DNA from: Dickeya solani IPO 2222
GTDB lineage: Bacteria; Pseudomonadota; Gammaproteobacteria; Enterobacterales; Enterobacteriaceae
NCBI RefSeq assembly: GCF_001644705.1
Contig: NZ_CP015137.1
Location: 1,500,001 to 1,532,000 of the forward strand
Direction of reading: 5' to 3'
DNA length: 32,000 bases
Position 1 is the first letter of the stretch. Each line of letters opens with the position of its first letter. Both the position numbers and the translations under genes were made by a program. This document shows, piece after piece, positions 25,299-32,000 of the stretch. The notes under the pieces are model-generated. The model did not search any database and was not told the DNA's origin. It saw only the letters and a program-made list of their open reading frames with translations.

Positions 25299-28200
25299 TG
25301 ATCAGCCTCCTGCCGTGTTTGTCAGATGAAGATTGTTTGTCAGATGAAGATTGTTTGTCAGATGAAGATTGCTTGTCAGATGAAGATTGCTTGTCAGATG
25401 AAGATTGCGTTGATGACAGTTGACGTTGATGACTCAAAAGAACGGACTCATGCGGATGCAGGTTCATCAGTTGCTGTACCGGAGCAGAAGCATTCAGGGA
25501 CACCAACTGCTGCAGGCGTCCCTGCTGTAACAGCGTGGCAAAACGTTCAAAACAGGCAAAACCATCCGCATCGCTCAGAGCAAAAATACTCTGGCTGGCT
25601 GGCAACCCGGCAAGAGAGGCCTGCCAGAATCCCCAGTTGATAATCCCGACGGGAAAATCGGCGCGATGCTGTAAAGCACGCACCAACGTGTCGGAGAAAG
25701 TAATCCCGGCAGCATAAGCCGACAGCGTCGCGGCACCGGAGAAAGAGAAAGCCTGACAGGAAGAGAAATAAACCAGAAAATCCAGTGCTTCGTGCCGGAG
25801 CGCCTGATAGAAATTGAGACTTCCTGACGCTTTGACCTGAAGTATCCGCCAGAACGTCTCTTCCGTGGTCTGGCTAATGGTATTCTCGGCATCAAAGACC
25901 AGACCAGCGAATATCGCGCCATTGATGCGGGAATATTTCCGCTTGATCTGTACCACCGCAGCCTGCAGGGAGGCCAGATCCGTCGCATCCGCCTGAAGAT
26001 AATCCGGCCGGATACCGACGGTTTCCATCGCATCCAGTTGGCTCTGAACCGCAGGACTGGATGCAGGCTGACGTCCCAGCCAAATCACTTTTGCCTGATA
26101 ATGCTGCAGCAACTGCCGGGTCATCACACTGCCCACAGTCCCGCTGCCTCCCAGAATCAGGTATACACCGCCATGCTTGATACCATTCTCATCACTGAAA
26201 CTGTGAGGATCCAAGCGGAAGAAGGTTTGTCGGTAGCGACGTCCAGAAAGCAACCGAATCTGTTCGCCCCGTTCGCTGACCGCTTCATTGACGATCTGCT
26301 GCAGGAGTTTCTCCCGCCGCGCCGGCGTCTGCAGATCGCGTCTGGATACATCCAGATTTCTGACTCTGAAACGGTGATCCCCTTGGGCAACGGAGTAAGC
26401 CAGACCACTTATCCCGGCGCCGTGATAACGAACTTCCCAGGCAGATAATGGGTGGTTATCCTGCGTGATCACGGTAAGGTCTATCGTGGCATCTTTCGCT
26501 AACCCTTGTTGTAACGATTTCACCAGCCGCAGCAGTTGCAGTTCGTTGCGCTTCAGACTGGCCGTGACCGCGTCTGCATCGGCCAGATCCTGAGCTGAGC
26601 CGTCGCCGGCAATAAAGTCGCCAGCAATAAAAAAGACATGCTGTATCGCTCCCGCCGCATCCAGACAATGACCTATCGCTTTTTCATCCTGAATATCACA
26701 TGCCCAGTGATCCGGCCCAATCGGGTGCGTCTTCCGCTCGGCATCGCTGCCCAGAGAGAAACGCAACAGACGTTTGGCCTGACCGGTCAGTTTATCAACG
26801 AGCGCTTTTTCCAGTTCAGTTTCCTGCCGGCTCCCGACAACCAGAACCTTATCCGCCATTCGCGTTGCACTGATTCTGACAGGGGGGTTGTCATCCGATT
26901 CCCATAGCGCGACATAGCTGAAATAATCATCAGGCCTTGTCTTCTCCCTCACCATCGGAAGATGTCGCTCCGCCGAGTGCATCGGCAAGGTGGCTGGCGC
27001 GCTGATCTTTACATCAGTCGGCAAAGCAGTGGGATGCGGCGGCACATTCATTGCCACATGACGAGCCATCGCCGCATGACGGGCATTTTCGATCCAGTAT
27101 CGGTCGGTGGCGAAAGGATAAGTCGGTAAGCTGATCCTTTTTGGTCGCTGCTGCGGATATAACCGGTACCAGTCAACCGGCATCCCCCTGACCCATAGCT
27201 CCAGGAGCTTGGCGTACTTATGCTTCTGGAACCAAAGATCAAGCGTGGCCGCCATGTCTTCATCTGCCGCAACCACGGCCAGCATCTCTTTATTCTGTCT
27301 GACATTACCGAGAAAAAGATCATCAATGACGTCTTCTCCGCCCAGAAATTCTCTAAGCTTTTCAGCCAGCTCATCAATAGACGAGGTAAGAATTCCCAGA
27401 CGCTGTTCCATCGCATCCCGTCCGACCTGTAGGGTGTAGGCCAGTTCATCCAATTCCGGCTGTGATTTATTTTCTGCCGTAATTCGGGTTAGAAGATTCC
27501 CCGCTGCCGCCATGAGACGCTCGGTGCTTTTTGCCGAGAGAATGATCATGGAGGGTTCTGATTTGCCTATCCCCGGACCGGCATCGGACTTTTCCTTCCC
27601 CCCGGTATACTCTTCCAGCACGATATGCGCATTGACCCCACCAAAACCGAAAGAACTGACCCCGGCCCGGCGAGGCAGCACCTGTCCCTGCACATCCACC
27701 GGCGCCACCCAGGGCCTATTCTCCCGTACCACATAGAAAGGAGAATCTTCCAGCTTGATATAAGGATTCAGCTGTTCAGCGTGTAAACTTTTCACCAGAG
27801 TTTTATGCTGAAGTTGCAATAACACTTTGATCACGCCAGCAACGCCGGCAGACATTTCCAGATGACCAATATTCGTCTTAACCGAACCCAGACCGCAGTG
27901 TTGTGGATTGTTCCCCAGATCGGTTGTCGCTGGCGTCTTGCGGTATAAATCCTGAAAAGCGCTTTTCAGCCCATCAATCTCTATCGGGTCACCAAGCGGC
28001 GTACCTGTACCGTGCGCCTCAATGTATCCAACACTACGCGGATCGATCCCTGCTTTGGTATAAGCTCGCTTCAGCAAAACCGTTTGCGCTTTCGGATTCG
28101 GCGCCGTTAATGAGTTGGCCCGACCACCGTGATTTTCAGCACTGGCCCGAATCACACCATAAATATGATCCCCCGCCGCTTCAGCGACACTGAGCTTACG

Positions 28201-31200
28201 GAGAAAGAGCATACCGACCCCTTCTCCCCGCACATAACCGTTTGCCGCACTGGAGAACGTCTTGCAACGGCCGTCCTGACACAGCATTCCCGCTTTACTG
28301 AAGCTGATATAACCATCGGGGGTCACCAGCGTACTCACACCGCCGACAATGGCTTGTTCACATTCACCCGCGCCGATAGACTGCACAGCCCGATGAATCG
28401 CAATCAGTGATGAAGAGCACGCCGTTTCTATCGGCTCACTGGGGCCGTGAATATTCAGGAAAAAGCTCATCCGGTTTGGCCCGACCGAGGGAACGATACC
28501 CGTCAGAGAATAACCTTCGATCGGACGCTGGGCTTCTGAGATAAGGCTACCGTACCCACTCATGCCGGTTCCCACGAAAATCGCCGTGTCAGTACCGGAA
28601 ATCTCACCGGCGCTGTAACCCGCATCTTCAATGGCGTTCCAAATGTAGGTCATCAGTAATCTTTGCTGGGGATCCATCAACTCAGCTTCTTTCGGCGAAA
28701 TTCCAAAAAACAGGGGATCAAATTCATCAATACCCTCAATGAACCCTCCCCATTTCACATTGGATTTATTCACTTCACGAACCGGATCGCCATACAACGC
28801 CTGCCAGTCCCATCGCTGTTTCGGAATCTCCTGAATACAATCTTTTCCGTTGACCAGATTGTTCCAAAACGCGTCCAGATCCCGGGCCATCGGGAAACGG
28901 CCGCTCATTCCCACAATCGCTATCGGCTCAATCTCATGGGCAGTTGATTTTATAGATAATTGTTTTTTATCAGATAACTTTCCGGGAAGAGCCTGATTCA
29001 AACGCCCCCGCGCTCGAAGCGTGTCGCGCTGAGAGGGATCATCGTTTAAAGGGAATTCATTTATCGCTTCTTTCGCTTGCGGCTCTCCGGCATCTGCTGA
29101 CTCCGGAGACACGATTAACGCCGGCTGCACGAATGATTCATGCTCAGGAAACGGGTTTAAGAATGCTGCCGGATGTACTTCTGCCAGATAATCAACAAAC
29201 TCGCCCAACGTTGGATATTCAAAAAACACCGTCGGCGTCAGCGTCAGACGGTATTGGCGATTCAGTTGGTTGCTAAACTCTGTCAGCAGAATAGAATCCA
29301 GACCAAACTGAGACAGTTCAGTATTGAGATCGATCTGCCCTGGCCCCAGCTTGCGTAACCTGGACAGTGATTTTTGCATCAGAGGGATCAGCTTTTCCCG
29401 CAGTTTCTCTTTCGCTGTACCCGCCGTCGGTGCCGGTGCCGCCATTGGGTTATCAGTTTTGAAGGCGGGCTCATTCGTTTCGGGGACCGCTATCCTGGTT
29501 TTAGCCTCAGTTTTAACCTCAGTTTTAACCTCAGTTTTAACCTCAGTTTTAACCTCGGTTTCAGCCTCCGAGCTGACAGAAACAGCCGATTTCACGGCTC
29601 CAGCAGGCGCATCGTCAACCACCCTGGACGAAAAACCACTGAGTCTGACCCAGACATTGCCTGCCTCATCACATAAGTCATAATCCATTTTTCTGACTCT
29701 GTCGGCTTTAGATGACCCGGCTTTAAACCGCGCCCAGACCCAAAGGCTCTCGGGTAACGCAGCGGCGTTATCCCGCGGGAACATTTCCAGACTTTCCAAA
29801 GCAAACGGCAAGGCAAACTCAGGGTGCTCAGCATCCACCAACAAGCCCGCCGCTATCTGTAATGCCGAATCCATCAGGCTCGGGTGCAGGAAAAACTGAC
29901 GGCGGGTATCCGCTACGCACGCGGGTAATCCAATTCTGGCAATAGCCTGAATGTCGCCTTCATCGATCGATATCACGCCCTGATAAGCCGGGCCATGAAG
30001 GATGTCCATCGCCGTATAGGCGCGATAACATGCCGAGCTGTCCAGGCTTCTGGTGGTACACTGGGTCTGCAAAGCGCGGATATCGACCGGTAATGGTGTT
30101 GCCGGAGTAGAAACTGACTCCCCGTCATCAGGCAACGCTGTTACTCGGGCCTGCCCCCGACAATGTGTGATTCTGCCGGCCCCTCCAACAGCAGAATCCT
30201 CGCTGTAGATCTCAAAACTGATGTGGTCGTTATCTTCAGGACACAGATCGATAGACACGGTCAATCCCGCCGCCTGAACGCTCATCGGTCTCACCCAACT
30301 GATATTTTTCAGCATTATCTGGCTGGCATGACCTGCAGCATCAGTGATTGCGGCTCTGGCTAATTCCAGATAGGCAACCCCCGGCAGAACGTTCTGTCCT
30401 TTAACAACATGGTCAGCCAGAAAAAATTCGTGCCCGGTAAAAAAACTGCGGTAACGCTGGGTAGCGAAATCTGACGTGTTTTGCTGCACAAGCGGGTGTA
30501 TTTCTCGCAGCATCCGATCTCCACGAGAGTCCGGGGGCGATATCGCCGCGGTATCTGCCTTACTCCAGTAATGTTCAAGGTGGAAAGGATACCGAGGCAG
30601 AGAGCGTTTACTAAAACCAGACGTACCGAAGATCTGGGTCAGTGGGAAATCAACGCCTCTGACCCAGAGTTCCATCAGAAAACCTTTGTCATTCTCCCAG
30701 TCCAGCGTTTTCAGCAACTCAGACAGCCGGTTATGGCGGGTAAATATATCAAGCGCCTTATTTTCATCTTGCTGTCCGGTTTTCAGGTAGTAAGACTTCT
30801 GCCCATTGGCAGCAATAAACTGGGTCAGCTTATCCTGTAAATTGTCGATGCTGGTGTAACGGAAGACCGCCCGCTGATCAAACTTGTTTCTTGCCGTCAG
30901 ATAGAAATATTCCAATGCTCCGGGGTGAATGTCATGGGATTGCTGCAAAAAGGCCAGAATAGATTCAGCATAGTGAATCCACTGCCATTCATGCATCGTT
31001 GACAGCGCCAGAAAATACACATCACCCTGCGGCTCATCACCGACGGCTTTTCTATGCGCGTGGAGATCGGCGGAGCGGGGATATTCCTCCAGCAGCAAAT
31101 GGGCGTTAACACCGCCGGCGCCGAAGTTATTAATCGCGGCCCTGCGGGGAATTTCTTTGCCGTTATCATCCAGCAGAGGCGGCCACTCTTCTGTCATGTT

Positions 31201-32000
31201 ATCGATATAAAAGCGTGAGCCTTCCAGGCTGATTTTGTCGCTACAGGCTGAAAAATCTTTGATTCCTGGCTTTTTCCGCGTTTTAAATGCATGCAGTACG
31301 CGAACCAGCGAAACCATCCCGGAAGCCGAATTGGCGTGACCCATATTAGGTTTGAGCGTACTGACTTTACACGGGCTGCGCGTTGACGGTTCCACACTCG
31401 CGTTTAACTGAGCATCGGCACGCTTGAACCCTTTAATTTCTTCAGCATCGGCCAGAAGCGATGAGGCGCCGTGAGCTTCCACATAGGTAACGGTGTCCGT
31501 ATCAATACCGGCCTGACGGTATGCATTAACAATCACGCTCGCCTGTGATTCCGCCGACGGCATCGTCAGGCTGCCATAGCCTCCGGTATGGTTCACATCA
31601 GAGCCTAAAATCACCCCATGAATGTTGTCCCGATCGGCAATAGCCTGCGATAGGCGCTTGAGCAAAACCGTCGCCGTAGCCTCCGCAGGCAAGAAACCTT
31701 TAGCATCGGCCTGAAAAGGAGAACAGACTGTTGCTCCCCCGAGAATGCCTAAAGACTCCTGCCCCAAATACGATCCGGCCAGAGCATCGCCAAATAACAG
31801 ATTGGCGGCGCCAACCAGTGCATAATCGGCTTCCCCGCGCAGTAACGCTTCTTTCGCCTGATGCAGAGCAACACTGGCACCGGAACAGGCGGTATCGATA
31901 TAGAAGCTTTTACCGTTGAAACGAAAAGCATGGGAGAGGTAATTCGGCAGAGACCAGGACATCATGCCCAATATGGAATAACTCGTAAGCTCAGCTTTGG
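25291..32000 (-). CDS. Trans-AT polyketide synthase, C-terminal >2230 aa: ...KS-DH-ACP-KS-KR; the N-terminus lies outside the window
   Basis: The frame stays open from 31971 to the window edge (upstream codons read KAELTSYSI) and the first KS lacks its N-terminal half. The TAA stop at 25291-25293 overlaps the next gene's ATG (25298) by 8 nt. Confidence 0.95.
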   Translation of the reverse strand, partial: KAELTSYSILGMMSWSLPNYLSHAFRFNGKSFYIDTACSGASVALHQAKEALLRGEADYALVGAANLLFGDALAGSYLGQESLGILGGATVCSPFQADAKGFLPAEATATVLLKRLSQAIADRDNIHGVILGSDVNHTGGYGSLTMPSAESQASVIVNAYRQAGIDTDTVTYVEAHGASSLLADAEEIKGFKRADAQLNASVEPSTRSPCKVSTLKPNMGHANSASGMVSLVRVLHAFKTRKKPGIKDFSACSDKISLEGSRFYIDNMTEEWPPLLDDNGKEIPRRAAINNFGAGGVNAHLLLEEYPRSADLHAHRKAVGDEPQGDVYFLALSTMHEWQWIHYAESILAFLQQSHDIHPGALEYFYLTARNKFDQRAVFRYTSIDNLQDKLTQFIAANGQKSYYLKTGQQDENKALDIFTRHNRLSELLKTLDWENDKGFLMELWVRGVDFPLTQIFGTSGFSKRSLPRYPFHLEHYWSKADTAAISPPDSRGDRMLREIHPLVQQNTSDFATQRYRSFFTGHEFFLADHVVKGQNVLPGVAYLELARAAITDAAGHASQIMLKNISWVRPMSVQAAGLTVSIDLCPEDNDHISFEIYSEDSAVGGAGRITHCRGQARVTALPDDGESVSTPATPLPVDIRALQTQCTTRSLDSSACYRAYTAMDILHGPAYQGVISIDEGDIQAIARIGLPACVADTRRQFFLHPSLMDSALQIAAGLLVDAEHPEFALPFALESLEMFPRDNAAALPESLWVWARFKAGSSKADRVRKMDYDLCDEAGNVWVRLSGFSSRVVDDAPAGAVKSAVSVSSEAETEVKTEVKTEVKTEVKTEAKTRIAVPETNEPAFKTDNPMAAPAPTAGTAKEKLREKLIPLMQKSLSRLRKLGPGQIDLNTELSQFGLDSILLTEFSNQLNRQYRLTLTPTVFFEYPTLGEFVDYLAEVHPAAFLNPFPEHESFVQPALIVSPESADAGEPQAKEAINEFPLNDDPSQRDTLRARGRLNQALPGKLSDKKQLSIKSTAHEIEPIAIVGMSGRFPMARDLDAFWNNLVNGKDCIQEIPKQRWDWQALYGDPVREVNKSNVKWGGFIEGIDEFDPLFFGISPKEAELMDPQQRLLMTYIWNAIEDAGYSAGEISGTDTAIFVGTGMSGYGSLISEAQRPIEGYSLTGIVPSVGPNRMSFFLNIHGPSEPIETACSSSLIAIHRAVQSIGAGECEQAIVGGVSTLVTPDGYISFSKAGMLCQDGRCKTFSSAANGYVRGEGVGMLFLRKLSVAEAAGDHIYGVIRASAENHGGRANSLTAPNPKAQTVLLKRAYTKAGIDPRSVGYIEAHGTGTPLGDPIEIDGLKSAFQDLYRKTPATTDLGNNPQHCGLGSVKTNIGHLEMSAGVAGVIKVLLQLQHKTLVKSLHAEQLNPYIKLEDSPFYVVRENRPWVAPVDVQGQVLPRRAGVSSFGFGGVNAHIVLEEYTGGKEKSDAGPGIGKSEPSMIILSAKSTERLMAAAGNLLTRITAENKSQPELDELAYTLQVGRDAMEQRLGILTSSIDELAEKLREFLGGEDVIDDLFLGNVRQNKEMLAVVAADEDMAATLDLWFQKHKYAKLLELWVRGMPVDWYRLYPQQRPKRISLPTYPFATDRYWIENARHAAMARHVAMNVPPHPTALPTDVKISAPATLPMHSAERHLPMVREKTRPDDYFSYVALWESDDNPPVRISATRMADKVLVVGSRQETELEKALVDKLTGQAKRLLRFSLGSDAERKTHPIGPDHWACDIQDEKAIGHCLDAAGAIQHVFFIAGDFIAGDGSAQDLADADAVTASLKRNELQLLRLVKSLQQGLAKDATIDLTVITQDNHPLSAWEVRYHGAGISGLAYSVAQGDHRFRVRNLDVSRRDLQTPARREKLLQQIVNEAVSERGEQIRLLSGRRYRQTFFRLDPHSFSDENGIKHGGVYLILGGSGTVGSVMTRQLLQHYQAKVIWLGRQPASSPAVQSQLDAMETVGIRPDYLQADATDLASLQAAVVQIKRKYSRINGAIFAGLVFDAENTISQTTEETFWRILQVKASGSLNFYQALRHEALDFLVYFSSCQAFSFSGAATLSAYAAGITFSDTLVRALQHRADFPVGIINWGFWQASLAGLPASQSIFALSDADGFACFERFATLLQQGRLQQLVSLNASAPVQQLMNLHPHESVLLSHQRQLSSTQSSSDKQSSSDKQSSSDKQSSSDKQSSSDKHGRRLINE
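25321..25410 (-). repeat. 18-bp in-frame tandem repeat, 5 copies, encoding (SSSDKQ)5 at the extreme C-terminus of the upstream PKS
   Basis: gtcagatgaagattgttt x2, gtcagatgaagattgctt x2, gtcagatgaagattgcgt. It ends 27 nt before the stop codon. Confidence 0.97.
25477..26919 (-). other. KR domain (catalytic subdomain ~25612-26172)
   Basis: Residues ~1685-2165: VYLILGGSGTVG, K2047, FSS, Y2086AAGI (Ile where KRs normally have Asn). Asp2027 sits at the LDD position (AGLVFD), which suggests a B-type KR (tentative). Confidence 0.8.
26602..26631 (-). repeat. 15-bp in-frame tandem duplication encoding FIAGD-FIAGD
   Basis: gtcgccggcaataaa / gtcgccagcaataaa, within the KR structural subdomain. Confidence 0.85.
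27053..27088 (-). repeat. Imperfect 18-bp tandem duplication encoding ARHAAM-ARHVAM
   Basis: gccacatgacgagccatc / gccgcatgacgggcattt, about 14 of 18 positions identical. It lies just after the LPTYPF...YW motif of the second KS linker. Confidence 0.6.
27607..28929 (-). other. KS domain (fully canonical)
   Basis: Residues ~1015-1455: ETAC1185SSS, EAH1320GTGTPLGDPIE, KTNIGH1370. Confidence 0.93.
29176..29409 (-). other. ACP
   Basis: Residues ~855-932: LSQFGLDS(893)ILLTEF. Confidence 0.85.
29499..29570 (-). repeat. 12-bp in-frame tandem repeat, ~6 copies, encoding (TEVK)n in the DH-ACP linker
   Basis: + strand: ttttagcctcag, ttttaacctcag x3, ttttaacctcgg, tttcagcctccg. The protein reads SEAETEVKTEVKTEVKTEVKTEAKT. 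Confidence 0.95.
29617..30510 (-). other. DH domain
   Basis: Residues ~488-785: IHPLV, H521VVKG525QNVLP530, LHPSLMD701SALQ705 (canonical). Confidence 0.85.
31081..32000 (-). other. KS domain, partial (divergent: DTAC29SG / EAH167GASS / GH212A)
   Basis: Residues up to ~297 in ORF-track numbering. The LGDPIE region has degenerated to LADAEE. The domain ends GVNAHLLLEEY. Confidence 0.85.

Noticed and set aside
25226-25423. A + strand ORF encoding (DEDCLS)n
   Set aside because: It is simply the antisense translation of the 18-bp repeat that encodes the (SSSDKQ)5 tail of the upstream PKS. It spans the PKS gene junction and has no independent support.
13871-29570. A CRISPR-array interpretation of the short tandem repeats
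   Set aside because: The units are only 12-21 bp and directly contiguous, with no spacers. They lie in frame within coding sequence, and there are no cas genes.
31969-31971. The TTG at 31971 as the start of the upstream PKS, as in the ORF track
   Set aside because: The frame has no stop between 31971 and the window edge, and the encoded KS lacks its N-terminal half. The gene is truncated by the window.

Overview
The window shows the 3' end of a GC-rich core gene, pyruvate:ferredoxin/flavodoxin oxidoreductase (nifJ/ydbK type, + strand, 5'-truncated). It converges on the distal end of a >30-kb minus-strand operon of visibly lower GC that encodes a trans-AT polyketide synthase assembly line. 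In transcription order (high to low coordinates) the operon holds seven genes.

- A megasynthase open to the window edge: ...KS-DH-ACP-KS-KR.
- A 5641-aa megasynthase: cMT-ACP-ACP-KS-DH-ACP-KS-KR-ACP-KS-ACP-TE-KS-ACP-C.
- A 275-aa Sec-signal protein with no family I recognise.
- A PfaD-type trans enoyl reductase.
- A tandem AT-AT protein.
- A discrete malonyl-type AT with an unexplained C-terminal tail.
- An EntD/Sfp-type phosphopantetheinyl transferase.

No KS is followed by a cis AT; the post-KS linkers are only about 170-200 aa and end in LPxYPF.

Four things deserve a second look:
- A thioesterase domain sits mid-protein and is followed in frame by another KS-ACP and a terminal condensation domain that has no A-PCP partner.
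- The periplasmic protein of unknown function lies inside the operon.
- At least eight near-perfect in-frame 12-21-bp tandem repeats occur only in the PKS genes.
- Four of the six KS domains have degenerate HGTGT regions although Cys/His/His are retained.

I cannot run database searches. 'Orphan' and 'novel' mean only that I do not recognise this architecture from characterised clusters. Domain boundaries are hand-estimated, roughly +/-30 aa. No RNA genes, CRISPR arrays, transposases or integrases were found.
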